This document shows positions 28,065 to 38,900 of a stretch of 64,000 nucleotides of DNA, one piece after another; position 1 is the first letter of the stretch, and each line of letters starts with the position of its first letter. Below the pieces are notes generated by a model. That model was not told where the DNA came from and did no database searches. It was given only the letters and a program-made list of their open reading frames with translations. Source of the DNA: Acidobacteriota bacterium (GTDB lineage Bacteria; Acidobacteriota; UBA6911; RPQK01; JAJDTT01); assembly GCA_965209055.1 (NCBI GenBank), contig OZ242374.1, forward strand, positions 3,424,001-3,488,000, written 5' to 3'. The position numbers and the translations under genes are program-made.

Positions 28065-28173
28065 ACTCGAGCGGGGCCCGAAAGGTCCGCTCGATCACGA
28101 TGGACACGGAGGAGTGGATGAGCAGCACGTCGTTCGCCCCACCGAAGGCTCGGGGCGACACGTGCTGGAGTAT

Positions 28174-28350
28174 CTATTGATTGAACCGGTCGGCGACAAA
28201 GCCCAGTATAAAGACAAAAATCGTACCCACGAGGCCCATGATCCATCCTGATGCACCCTCTGTCCTAATCACGATCAACGAGACGAGAAACAGACCCGTC
28301 AGGAATCCGAATATCACTAGCTGCTTTGAGCTCCACTTGTGTCTTGCCAT
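28174..28350 (-). CDS. Small (58-aa) two-TM membrane protein
   Basis: MARHKWSSKQLVIFGFLTGLFLVSLIVI..GWIMGLVGTIFVFILGFVADRF; purine-rich (GGAG) upstream sequence; lower GC. Confidence 0.5.
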   Translation of the reverse strand: MARHKWSSKQLVIFGFLTGLFLVSLIVIRTEGASGWIMGLVGTIFVFILGFVADRFNQ

Positions 28351-28491
28351 GTTGTTGGCGCCATCCTCTCCTGGAGTCACTTGGGTACCCCAATCTTCTT
28401 CAGAGCGCCGCCGCAATCGCCGGCGTTCTTGCCCATGAGTGCTTTCTCGGCATGATCGCCGGACCGTTCACGTGGCGGGCGCGCCCCCTGG

Positions 28492-30189
28492 CTAGTAGAC
28501 CGCGATGGCGCGGCCGGTTCCGCCGTGCGCTCCCTCGATCCTGGGTGCGGCAAAGATGAAGTAGGCCTTGGCCGGTACGGACCCCACTCGTGTCAGGTAC
28601 TCCACCCCCACCATCCCGCGGCTTCCCAGGGCCCAATAGGTCATGACGGCTTTCTTGGGATCGACGCCTCCCAGCGTCGGCCCGTCCGTCGCCACGCAGC
28701 GGATTCCCCGGTCCGCCAGATATTGGACAGCCTCCGCTCCGGGCGCCGGCCATCCCTCCCGTTTCCCGTCGAGGGGGTCCTTCATGCAGGCCTTGTCCTG
28801 GGGAAACGGCTTCAGGTAGACGTCGCTGTACCCGCTGTGGAAGATGACCACTTCCCCTGGTTTCAGCTCGCCGGACTGTTTTTCGTACTCCCGGATGTCC
28901 TCCGGCCCGATGACCGGAGACGCCGGCCAGTCGGACTCGTTCGTGGAGCCGATCAGGTGCTTCACGTCGATGACCCGGGCCCAGCCGGCGGTCTGGGATA
29001 GAGGCACCTTTTCGGCGGTGACGTCGCTGAACCCCCTCGGTCCGTGGTTTTTCTCGTATTCACCCAGCCACTCCCGCACCTGAGGCGAGTAGGCGGCGGG
29101 GTCGAATCCTTCCGGGGGGAGGGCGTAGGTGGGAGGCACCAGATTCGTGCCCACATGGCTGTCGTAAGCGCGCTGATGTTGCGCCGGGATATAGGGAAGC
29201 GGAAGCACATGCTGGTAGTAGCGATAGCGGGAATTGCCCGCTCCGGGACCGGGCCACCAGACCGGCAGGTCTTCCGAGAGTTGGACGGAGAGGTCGATGA
29301 CCCTGTGCTGGCGCGCCCCTTCGATCAACCACGGCGCCAGAGGTTCCCCGACGATGCCGAAGGCCCGGACCTCGGCGCCGATGCCCCCTCCGTGTTTCGG
29401 TGGCAACTGGAGGTAGACGGCTCCCGTCGTCGGGAGCTGGTCCAGATTCCGGGCCCCTTCCGTCCAGAGCATTCCGTATTTCAGACCGGCGCCATGGGTT
29501 TCCATGGCCCCCGGGGGCGGAAGCGGTCCCATGCTGGGACTGTCAATCCCTGCGGTGAGAACCCCCCGGCTTCCCACGTAGTCCATGGTCTCGGCGTCGG
29601 GCCCCGGCCAGGCCGTCTTTTCGCCCGCCGCGACCTGGGCCACGAAACCCAGTCCCTCGGGCAACGGCTTGAAGTACTTGTCGTTGTAGCCGCTCCGGAA
29701 CAGGACCACATCACCCGGGCCCAGGGGCCGGTGGCGCCGCTCCCAGTCCTGGACGTGCTGCTTGCGGATCAGGGGACTGTGCCCGATGGGGGCATCGTCC
29801 AGCAGGTCGCGCACGTCGATGACGCAGGCCTCCCCCAGGAATTGCCAGATCGGCACCCGTTCGGGCGTGATCTTGCCGATCTCCCTGGGAACCGGGCCGT
29901 GAGCGGGCGAATCGAATTGGGTCCCGGTGTTCTCGTCGATGGTGATGATGTCGCTGTTGTAAGGGCCGCGCGGGCCGATCTTGAGGTAGTGGTTGATGTG
30001 GAAGTAGGGAAAGATGTCCGGCCAGTTCACGGGGTATTCCTGAGAGACCAGCAGGGTGAGGTCCAGGAACCGGACATCCTCCCCGGCTCCGGAAACTTCG
30101 CCGGCCGGCGCCAAGGACGCCAGCGCCATCGATACGAGGAGCACAATCACGGCGCTCCATCCAATTCGACTGGGAGAGTGTGCTTTCAT
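28492..30189 (-). CDS. Secreted two-domain cyclase-family (kynurenine formamidase-like) protein
   Basis: Two repeats of DL(T/S)..., GT..., A.VIDV, GDVV.F.SGY, WP.P, D.P.(M/L)G; signal peptide. Confidence 0.85.
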   Translation of the reverse strand: MKAHSPSRIGWSAVIVLLVSMALASLAPAGEVSGAGEDVRFLDLTLLVSQEYPVNWPDIFPYFHINHYLKIGPRGPYNSDIITIDENTGTQFDSPAHGPVPREIGKITPERVPIWQFLGEACVIDVRDLLDDAPIGHSPLIRKQHVQDWERRHRPLGPGDVVLFRSGYNDKYFKPLPEGLGFVAQVAAGEKTAWPGPDAETMDYVGSRGVLTAGIDSPSMGPLPPPGAMETHGAGLKYGMLWTEGARNLDQLPTTGAVYLQLPPKHGGGIGAEVRAFGIVGEPLAPWLIEGARQHRVIDLSVQLSEDLPVWWPGPGAGNSRYRYYQHVLPLPYIPAQHQRAYDSHVGTNLVPPTYALPPEGFDPAAYSPQVREWLGEYEKNHGPRGFSDVTAEKVPLSQTAGWARVIDVKHLIGSTNESDWPASPVIGPEDIREYEKQSGELKPGEVVIFHSGYSDVYLKPFPQDKACMKDPLDGKREGWPAPGAEAVQYLADRGIRCVATDGPTLGGVDPKKAVMTYWALGSRGMVGVEYLTRVGSVPAKAYFIFAAPRIEGAHGGTGRAIAVY

Positions 30190-31880
30190 TCGGCCTCCTC
30201 GATGCGGACGATCTGGTCTGCTTCAACGTTTGTCAGAACCTGGCTTCCCCCATGGGGCCAGCGGATCTCGACCCGGTCGGCGGCTGCCGCGTCACCCAGG
30301 CCGAAATGGAGCCGGAGGTCGTTCTGGGACAGGAAGCTACCGCCGCTCCTGATACGGCCGGTCCGGGTCTTGGAGCCGGCCACGACCTTCACTCGCGCGC
30401 CTATGGCGGACCGGTTGCCGCGCCTGCCGGTAAGCCGGAACTGGAGCCAGTTCCGCCGGTTTCCTCCGTCATTGCGCAGAAGCGTAGGAGCGTCGTCGAT
30501 GGCCAGCACCAGCAGGTCCAGGTCCCCGTCGTTGTCATAGTCGCAGAAGGCGCCTCCGCGGCTGGACCGGACCGGCGCCTGGTCCAGTCCCACCTGATCG
30601 GTGACATCCTGAAATCCGAACTCGCCGTTTCCCCGAAACAGCAGATCGGGCTGCCGGTAGGTTTCCAACGAAGGCTCCACCTGCGGAAAAATATGCCCAT
30701 TGGCAACGAACAAGTCCAGGTTTCCGTCGTTGTCGAGGTCGAGGAAAAAGGTGGCCCATCCCAGGTAGGGCAGGGTGCGGGTGGCCAGTCCCACCGGCTG
30801 GGAGACTTCCTCGAATCCGCCGGGACCCAGGTTGCGGAAGAAGGGGTAGTACTCTTCGGAGAAGGTCGTGGTGAACAGGTCGATCCGGCCGTCGCCGCCC
30901 ACGTCCCCCACGGCCACGCCCATGTCCGCCTGGGCCGTCCCCTGGGCGTTGTACCCGACTCCCGCCAATAGCGCCGATTCGCGAAACGTCCCGTCCCCGC
31001 GGTTCTGGAAGTAGTAGTTGGGACCGGCGTCGTTGGTGACGAAGAGGTCGGGATGACCGTCATTGTCGAAGTCCTCGAAGACAGGTGAAAAACCGTACAG
31101 GAGCTTGTCGTCCGTCACCCCCGACGTCTGGGTCACATCGGTGAAGGTGCCGTCGCCGTTGTTGCGAAAGAGGATGTCGGGCGCTCCCGTCAGCCCCTTG
31201 GGACCGCACATGACCGGGATGCCCCGGTATCCGCAGAACTCCCCTCTCAGGGGAGGGTTGTCGACGTCGAATTCCAGATAGCGCGCCACGTACAGGTCCA
31301 GCCACCCGTCTCCGTCGTAATCTCCGAACGCCGCGCCTGTGCTCCATTCCCCTCGACCGGAGACTCCCGCGGAGGCTCCCACCTCGGTGAAGGTCCCATT
31401 GCCGTTGTTCCGGTACAGGAGATCGCGGCCGTAGTTGGTCACAAAAAGGTCGATCCACCCGTCGTTGTCGTAGTCGGCCGCCGCCACGCCGTTGCCCAAG
31501 CCGGTCCCGGGCACTCCGGCTTTGGCAGTCACCTGGGAGAAAGTGCCGTTACCCCGGTTGCGGAACAGGAAATTGGGAGCGGAGGCGGCGTCCTCCCGGC
31601 CCGCCATGAGCGCGGCGCTGGAGATGCCGTTGACGACGTAGAGATCGGTCCATCCGTCGTTGTCGTAGTCGATCCAGGCGCAACCGCTGCCGTTCCCTTC
31701 GATGATGAATTTTTTTTGAGGCGTTCCGCAGGTGGTGACCAGGTCCAGACCGGCCTCACGGGTAACGTCCCGCAGAATCGGCAGGGGCCGGGCCAACAAA
31801 AAGAGGGATGGTGTCAAGGCGGAAATCAGAAATAGAAGCGTCGCCGGGAGAGCCGGAGCGAGGGCCTGTCGTGTCCGCAT
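30186..31880 (-). CDS. CRTAC1-family protein (FG-GAP/VCBS repeats + ASPIC/UnbV)
   Basis: Repeated DYDNDG..DL motifs, NNGDGTFTDVT, SRGGAF.DYDNDGDLD, GGSFLSQND.RLHFGLG; start near ATG 31880. Confidence 0.92.
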   Translation of the reverse strand: MRTRQALAPALPATLLFLISALTPSLFLLARPLPILRDVTREAGLDLVTTCGTPQKKFIIEGNGSGCAWIDYDNDGWTDLYVVNGISSAALMAGREDAASAPNFLFRNRGNGTFSQVTAKAGVPGTGLGNGVAAADYDNDGWIDLFVTNYGRDLLYRNNGNGTFTEVGASAGVSGRGEWSTGAAFGDYDGDGWLDLYVARYLEFDVDNPPLRGEFCGYRGIPVMCGPKGLTGAPDILFRNNGDGTFTDVTQTSGVTDDKLLYGFSPVFEDFDNDGHPDLFVTNDAGPNYYFQNRGDGTFRESALLAGVGYNAQGTAQADMGVAVGDVGGDGRIDLFTTTFSEEYYPFFRNLGPGGFEEVSQPVGLATRTLPYLGWATFFLDLDNDGNLDLFVANGHIFPQVEPSLETYRQPDLLFRGNGEFGFQDVTDQVGLDQAPVRSSRGGAFCDYDNDGDLDLLVLAIDDAPTLLRNDGGNRRNWLQFRLTGRRGNRSAIGARVKVVAGSKTRTGRIRSGGSFLSQNDLRLHFGLGDAAAADRVEIRWPHGGSQVLTNVEADQIVRIEEAE

Positions 31881-31979
31881 CCCACGACCTAACGTAGCAC
31901 ATGCGCAACGCAGCAAACGGTCGTCAGGCGACACGCGGAGGGGATCCAGTTCTTGCCGACCGGACAGATCACGTTTCGA

Positions 31980-32071
31980 AAAAAACCAAACAAAAAACCA
32001 AACAAAGTAACGAAATAAAGACAACAAGTCCAGAAAATCTTTTGACTGATTCTGACAACCTCGTGTATATT
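31980..32071 (+). promoter_or_regulatory. Divergent promoter region with AAAAAACCAAAC direct repeat and sigma70-like promoter
   Basis: AAAAAACCAAAC at 31980 and 31992 plus degenerate A-rich copies; TTGACT-N18-TATATT at 32042-32071. Confidence 0.55.
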
Positions 32072-32136
32072 CCAGTGCAACAAGTGGAAGTTGACTTCCA
32101 CAGCCCGCCAGTCCGCTCGCCGAGAAGGAGACGACA

Positions 32137-35100
32137 ATGCAGACTTCCCCCTTTTCCATCAAGGGTGTCCTTCCATTGTTGGTATTGATGGTTTCCCTCC
32201 CGCTATTGGCCCAGGAGCATGTGGGAACCGTTACCGGGACGGTGCGAGACGAGGGTGGGGGCGTTCTCCCCGGCGTCGAAGTGACCCTCGCCAACGTGGC
32301 CACGGGCGTGCAACGGGACGTCGTCACGAACGACGTGGGACTTTACGGGTTCAACACCGTGGCCATCGGCGAATATGCGCTGCGGGCATCGTTGACCGGC
32401 TTCCGGACGCTTGAGCAGACTGGGATCCGAGTCGTTTCAGGTGAGATTGTCACTCTCGACGTTGAGTTGACGGTGGGCCAAGTGGCTGAAACCGTGGAGG
32501 TGGCGGCGACGCTCCCCACCATTGAGAAGCAAAGCAATAAGGCAGGGTATGCCAGGGTGAACGAGGAAATCGCCCGTCTGCCTCTGGTCGTCTCGTTCAA
32601 CAACCGCCAGGCCCTGTCCTTCCTGCGGACCATGCCGGGCGTGTCCTACGACCCCTTCAGGTATTTCGACAACGAGAACGTGGCCATGTCGCGGTCCTTC
32701 GTCCAGGGAACTCCGACCGCTTCGCCCAGCTACAACATAGACGGAGTGAGGGCGAGCGGCTCGACTCATGAGAATGCACGCGACGACACGGCGCCGGTTC
32801 CGGAGATGGTTCAGGAATTCCGGCTCGACACCAACACCCAGGCCGAGCATGGCTGGGACAGCGGCGTGGCCATCAACCTGGTCTTCAAATCAGGCACCAA
32901 CGACTTTCACGGGACTGGCTTCTGGTACAACCGGAACGACGTGTTCGACGCTCGACCCTGGTTCGCGGCGAGGAGAGCCGTCACCCGGCAGAATGACTTC
33001 GGCTTCGTGCTGGGTGGTCCCATCTGGAAAAACCGCACTTTTTTCTTTGGGGGGATCGATATCTACAAATTGCGGACAGCCCCCTCCGGGACGACTGCCA
33101 CCGTCCCCACCACGGCCATGCGCAACGGTGACTTCAGTGAGATATTGGGCGATCAAATCGGGACCGATGCCCTGGGCCGGCCGGTTTTTCGGGGCCAGAT
33201 TTTCGATCCGGCCACCACTCGGCCGGATGGACAGGGCGGGTTCATCCGCGATCCCTTTCCGGGAAACATGATTCCTGCCGGCCGCTCAAGCCCCATCACG
33301 CAGACTCTGGTTTCGCACATTGGTGCGCCCAACCGCCCGGGCGTCAGCAACAACTGGGTCGGAACCCAGACTCTGCGCCCGGACGACAAGGAGTCCTATT
33401 ACCTCAAGATCGATCATCAGATCGATGAAGCGGGATCCCACAAGTTTACGTTTGGCACGGAGCAGAATGTCAGGCTGAACCGGTCCACTTATCCGCAGGT
33501 CTTTGACGAGGCGGTCTCCAGCCTTCACATCAACGAGTCGGCTCAATACCGCTATCGCTTCAACTATTACTGGACCATCCGGCCCAACGTGATCTTCAAC
33601 CTTCGCACCGGTGTGACCCGGACACCGCGAATTATCGGGACTCAGGGTCTGGACAACGACCGTTTTGGCGAAGAGATCGGAATTACCGGGGTCAGCAACC
33701 CCAATGCCCCCAGGGTGAACACGCAGGGAACGACCGGATATGGCCCGATTTTCCGGAAACTCAATGACCCCAGCCAGACCGTTCCCGCCCACGCCGACAT
33801 GACCTGGGTCAGGGGCTCGCACAATTTCAAATTTGGCGCCTCCTATCTGCTGTCGGTCTCCAAAGGGGATTCGTCGATTTTCGGTCAGGGAAATTTCAAC
33901 TTTGTGGATCGCACGACCGGTCTGCCCGGCTTCCCCGGAACCGGATGGGGCTTTGCCAGCCAGTTCCTGGGCGAGGTGGACAGTGCCACTGTCAATAGCC
34001 CGACCGCCTTCAAACGCGATGGCGGAGCCTGGGGTGTCTACTTTCAGGACTCCTGGCGCGCCACCCCCAAATTGACGGTGAATTACGGCCTCCGCAACGA
34101 TGTCTTCATAACCGCGGGAGAGAGCTACGACCGCATCGGGGCCTTCAACCCGACCATCCCCAACCCCGGGGCCGGCGGTCTTCCGGGGGCCCTGTGGTTT
34201 TGGGGTGAGGGCCCCGGCCGAAACGGGTTCAAACGAGTGGCGCCGACCCTCTGGAGCAACTGGGGACCTCGTTTGGGGTTCGCTTACTCGCCTGACGACA
34301 AGACCGTCCTGAAGGCCAGTGCCGCCTACATGTACTTTCCACACTTCGGCGCCATGACCAGCGGATTCAACACTCCCGCGATCGGCTGGATTCTCAATGT
34401 GACCGCTGCGAGCCTGGACGCCGGTGTGACCCCCGCCTTCAACTGGGAGAACGGATTTCCGGACATCCTTCCCAACCTGCCCGACATCGACCCTTCCTTT
34501 GCCAACGGGCAGTCGGTGGTCGCCCTGAACCGGGACAACATGAAGGCGGGCAGGACGATGACCGTCAACTTCGGCGTGGAAAGAGACCTGGGCTGGGGTA
34601 CTGCTTTTCGAGCCAACTACCACGGCAAGTTCAGCCACAGTCTCCCCAGCAACGATGCCGTTCGATTGAACCAGCTCGACCCCAGGCATCTGGCGCTGGG
34701 CAACCTGCTCTTTGCCGACATCAATTCCCCGGCAGCCGCGGCGGCAGGGATCACTGCTCCCTATGAGGGATTCAAGGGACCTGTGAACCAGGCCCTCAGA
34801 CCGTTTCCTCACATGCTGAACATCAACGAACGCGCTGCCCCCGTGACCGACCTGACCTACCATGGCGCGGTGTTTTCCTTGCAGAAGCGCTACGGGCAAG
34901 GGTTGAGCTTCATGTTCAACTACACCATCTCCAAAGCGCTGGGCAACGCCAGGTGGGCCAACCAGGGGCATTCGCTCGCCAGCCACATCCAACATACTTC
35001 GCAACGGCACCTTCGTTATTTGTACGACCAGGACCGGCCCCAGAACGTTGCCGTGAGCTGGATGTGGGAATTGCCTTTCGGACCGGGAAAGCGCTGGGGC

Positions 35101-35607
35101 GGAGGCGCGAGTCCGGTCGTGCAGAAGCTGATCGGGGGCTGGAACATCGGGATGCAGCAGGCCTATTTCTCCGCACAGCCCCTCCATGTGAGCAGCCGAG
35201 TCCGCTACCCGGGCGGCTTTAACGCCATCTGGCCGGACCGGGTCGATGGGGTCTCGGTTCGGTCCGGTGTCGACTGTGGAGATTACGACCCCAACGACCC
35301 GTCCCGGAACCGGTACATCAACATCAACGCCTTTGCCAATCCCGCACCTTTTACCTTGGGGAATACCAGGACGTTGCCGTCGACACGAGCCTGCAGTTAT
35401 TTCAACGAGAACGCCGCCATTCAGAAAGATACTTACGTCACCGAGGGCATCTACGTGCGCTTGGGGGCCGATTTCTTCAATCTGTTCAACCGGCATATCT
35501 GGGGCAACCCGAATACCGACATCGGCAACGAGGCGGCCTTCGGCACCATCCGTACGGTCTCCTTTCCTCCCAGGATCATCCAGTTGAACCTCTCGGTTCA
35601 CTTCTAA
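32137..35607 (+). CDS. TonB-dependent receptor (Oar-like; N-terminal carboxypeptidase-regulatory-like domain)
   Basis: GTVTGTVRD..G.VLPG.EVT, VQEFR, KSGTN.FHG, FG..LGGPI.KNRTFFF, YFQDSWR.T.KLT.NYGLR, FFNLFN, terminal Phe. Confidence 0.93.
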   Translation: MQTSPFSIKGVLPLLVLMVSLPLLAQEHVGTVTGTVRDEGGGVLPGVEVTLANVATGVQRDVVTNDVGLYGFNTVAIGEYALRASLTGFRTLEQTGIRVVSGEIVTLDVELTVGQVAETVEVAATLPTIEKQSNKAGYARVNEEIARLPLVVSFNNRQALSFLRTMPGVSYDPFRYFDNENVAMSRSFVQGTPTASPSYNIDGVRASGSTHENARDDTAPVPEMVQEFRLDTNTQAEHGWDSGVAINLVFKSGTNDFHGTGFWYNRNDVFDARPWFAARRAVTRQNDFGFVLGGPIWKNRTFFFGGIDIYKLRTAPSGTTATVPTTAMRNGDFSEILGDQIGTDALGRPVFRGQIFDPATTRPDGQGGFIRDPFPGNMIPAGRSSPITQTLVSHIGAPNRPGVSNNWVGTQTLRPDDKESYYLKIDHQIDEAGSHKFTFGTEQNVRLNRSTYPQVFDEAVSSLHINESAQYRYRFNYYWTIRPNVIFNLRTGVTRTPRIIGTQGLDNDRFGEEIGITGVSNPNAPRVNTQGTTGYGPIFRKLNDPSQTVPAHADMTWVRGSHNFKFGASYLLSVSKGDSSIFGQGNFNFVDRTTGLPGFPGTGWGFASQFLGEVDSATVNSPTAFKRDGGAWGVYFQDSWRATPKLTVNYGLRNDVFITAGESYDRIGAFNPTIPNPGAGGLPGALWFWGEGPGRNGFKRVAPTLWSNWGPRLGFAYSPDDKTVLKASAAYMYFPHFGAMTSGFNTPAIGWILNVTAASLDAGVTPAFNWENGFPDILPNLPDIDPSFANGQSVVALNRDNMKAGRTMTVNFGVERDLGWGTAFRANYHGKFSHSLPSNDAVRLNQLDPRHLALGNLLFADINSPAAAAAGITAPYEGFKGPVNQALRPFPHMLNINERAAPVTDLTYHGAVFSLQKRYGQGLSFMFNYTISKALGNARWANQGHSLASHIQHTSQRHLRYLYDQDRPQNVAVSWMWELPFGPGKRWGGGASPVVQKLIGGWNIGMQQAYFSAQPLHVSSRVRYPGGFNAIWPDRVDGVSVRSGVDCGDYDPNDPSRNRYININAFANPAPFTLGNTRTLPSTRACSYFNENAAIQKDTYVTEGIYVRLGADFFNLFNRHIWGNPNTDIGNEAAFGTIRTVSFPPRIIQLNLSVHF

Positions 35608-35612
35608 GAAAA

Positions 35613-35689
35613 GGAGGGGCGATTTCCAATCGCCCGGGTGCCGCATTCCCCGATGTTTCAAGAATCGGCGGTTAGGAAACCGCCGCCCC
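35613..35689. repeat. REP-like palindrome doublet (inverted pair)
   Basis: GGAGGGGCGATTTCCAATCGCCC ... CGGCGGTTAGGAAACCGCCGCCCC. Confidence 0.65.
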
Positions 35690-35700
35690 CGTCCGCCGCA

Positions 35701-35732
35701 GGGGACCGGCAAATGCCGGTCCCCTCTTTTTT
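35701..35732 (+). terminator. Intrinsic terminator
   Basis: GGGGACCGGC-AAAT-GCCGGTCCCC followed by TCTTTTTT. Confidence 0.8.
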
Positions 35733-35827
35733 TGGCGCCGGTGAGAACTTTCTTAACCTTCAGCTTCCCCAGTAAACGCGCGGACGGTCAGCCAGAATCG
35801 GAATTGTCATCCTCCTCAGATAAACTC

Positions 35828-35856
35828 TTGCGCTAGTTTTGGGGATGAGTTATAAG
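35828..35856 (+). promoter_or_regulatory. Putative sigma70 promoter of second TBDR
   Basis: TTGCGC-N17-TATAAG. Confidence 0.45.
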
Positions 35857-35964
35857 TTCCGGGTTGTTTTGGCTGCGCGGTATGTTTTCAGAAATTCGCA
35901 AGGTTTTTTTGTGTCTGCCGCGTCATCCCACCAGTCAATTCACTTCAACGTCTGAGGAGCAGCA

Positions 35965-38900
35965 ATGAGTAGACTATTGAGTTTGAGCCTGATTCTGGTG
36001 CTCACCTGCATTCCCCTGCTGGCGCAGGAGAACGTGGGAACGGTGACCGGGGCGGTCCGCGATGAGAGCGGCGGCGTGGTGCCGGGAGCGGAAGTCTCCA
36101 TCACCAACGTCGCCACCGGCATCGTGACCGACACCATCACCAGCGACGCCGGGATCTATGCCTTCAATTCGGTGGCGATCGGAGAGTACCGGCTCACCAC
36201 CACCATGCCCGGCTTCAGAACCCTGGAGCAGAGCGGGATCCGCGTGGTCTCGGGAGAGGTCTTGACCGCCGACGTGACGTTGTCGGTGGGCGACGTGGCC
36301 GAGACCGTGGAAGTAATGGCGACGCTTCCCACCATCGAGAAGCAGTCGAACAAGGCCGGATACGCCCGGGTGAACGAGGAGATCGCCCGTCTTCCCATAG
36401 CGATCTCCAACAACAACCGCCAGGCGCTCTCGTTCCTGCGCACCATGCCGGGCGTATCCTACAACCCCAATAACACCAATGAAAACGACGCCATGAGCAG
36501 GGCCTTCATTCATGGCACGCCCAATGCTTCCCCCAGCTACACCATTGATGGTGTCCGGGCGGGCAGCTCCACGCACCAGAATGCCCGGGACGACACGGCG
36601 CCGATTCCCGAAATGGTCCAGGAGTTCCGGCTCGACACCAACACGAATGCGGAGCATGGCTGGGACAGCGGCGTGGCGATCACCCTGATCTTCAAGTCGG
36701 GCACCAACGACTTGCACGGCGACCTTTTCTGGTATTTCCGAAACGACATCCTCGACGCCCGTCCGTGGCTGGCCCCGCGCAAGAGCGTCACGCGTCAAAA
36801 TGACTATGGTTTCGTCCTGGGTGGCCCCATCTGGAAGAACCGCATGTTCTTCTTCGGCGGGTTTGACGGCTACAAGCTGCGGACCGCTCCGGGGGACGGG
36901 GTGCGGACCGTTCCCACTGCGGCCATGCGCAGTGGCGACTTCAGCGAGATCCTGGGTCCCGAGATCGGGACCGACGCTCTGGGCCGGCCGATCCACCGGG
37001 GCGCCATCTACGACCCCATGACCACTCGCTCGGACGGTCAGGGCGGGTTCATTCGAGACCCGTTCCCCAACAACATGATTCCTGCGGATCGTTTCAGCAC
37101 GGTCACCAAGAACCTGATATCACGGATCGGACTGCCCAATCGGCCGGGTGTGACCAACAACTGGATCGGCGGCCTGACCTCCACCCCGGTCAACAAGACC
37201 TCCTACTACCTGAAGGTCGATCATCAGCTTGACGAGGCGGGCGACCACCGGCTCACGGTCGGATGGGAGCAGTCCTGGAGGGAATCCCGGTCAAATTACG
37301 CCCCAGTCTTCGACGAATCCATCTCCAGTCTTCACAAGAACGACGAGGTCCAGTACCGCTATCGCTTCAATTACCACTACACAATCCGGCCCAACGTCCT
37401 GTTCAACCTTCGCACCGGCGTCACCCGGACGCCGCGGGTCATCGGTACCCAGGGTCTGGCCAACGACAATACAGGGGCGGAAGTTGGCATCAAGGGAGTG
37501 CCGGGACCCATTGCGCCGCAAGTCGGCGTTCAGGGCCAGAGTGCCTACGGGCCCATCTTCCAGAAACTCATCGACCCCAGCCAGACCGTCCCGGCCAACA
37601 TGGACGTGACCTGGGTCAAGGGGTCCCACAACTTCAAAGTCGGCGCCGCCTATCTTCTTTCCGTCTCCAAGCAGAACCTGGCCCTCTTCGATCAGGGGTC
37701 GTTCAGTTTCTCCGCCCTGGAGACAGGATTGCCAGGCAACGCCAACACCGGGTTCGGTTTCGCCAGCAAGTTGCTGGGCGAAGTGGACTCGGCATTCGTA
37801 TGGAGTCAACGCGACTTTCGTCACAATGGGGGGGCCTGGGGCATCTACTTTCAGGACTCGTGGCGCGCCACCCCCAAGTTGACCGTCAACTACGGTCTCC
37901 GGAACGATGTTTTCGTTCCTTTGGGCGAGACCTACGACCGCATCGGAGCCTTCGATCCCACCATTCCCAACCCGGGAGCGGGGGGACTTCCCGGAGCCCT
38001 CTCGTTCTGGGGAGACGGCCCGGGAAGAAACGGGTACAAGCGGATTGCGGACACGCTCTGGAGCCAATGGGGACCCCGTTTGGGATTCGCCTATTCTCCG
38101 GATGACAACACGGTCGTCCGGGCCAGCGCCGCCTACATGTACTTTCCACTCTTCGGCGCCATGACAAGCGGGTTCAACACGCCTTTCATGGGTTGGGCTT
38201 TGGATCCGTCGGTCAGGAGCCTCGACGGCGGTCTTACCCCGGCGTTCAACTGGGACGGCGGATACCCGGATCCCATCCCGGCCCTGCCCGTCCTGGAACC
38301 GGATTTCGCCAACGGCCAAGCGGCACAGGCTCTCAACCGGGACGACATCAAGGCGGGGCGCACTTTGACCCTCAATGCCGGGTTGGAGCGGGATCTGGGT
38401 GGGGGACTGGCCATTCGGGCCAACTACCACGGCAAGTTCAACCACAATCTGCCCAGCAACGACTCGGTGCGGCTAAACCAGCTCAGTGTCGGAAACTTGA
38501 GTTTGGGGAGCCTTCTGCAGGCCCAGATCGGTTCACCGCAGGCGGAGGCCGCCGGGATCAGCGCTCCTTATCCAGGATTCTCGGGACCGGTCGCCCAGGC
38601 GCTCAGGCCATTCCCGCACATGCTGGACATCCAGCAGCGGGCCGCGCCTGTGAACAATCTGACCTACCATGCCTTGGTCCTGTCGGTGCAAAAGCGGTAT
38701 GGACACGGGCTGAGCTTCATGCTCAACCATACGATCTCCAAGGCCATCGGAGATGTTAACTTCTCCCAGCAGGGGCATGGGTTCACAAGGGCCCAGCACA
38801 CCTCGCAGCGGGGTCTCCGATTCGTGTACGAGGAAGATCGGCCCCAGAACCTCTCTCTGAGTTGGCTGTATGAACTGCCGTTCGGGCCGGGAAAGGCCTT

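Noticed and set aside
30186-32327. Extended N-termini given by the ORF track (CRTAC1 to 32327; likewise SDR to 3852, ATPase to 53032, OppC to 24201)
   Set aside because: The extensions overlap neighbouring genes or promoters and precede the family-typical N-terminus; starts were trimmed.
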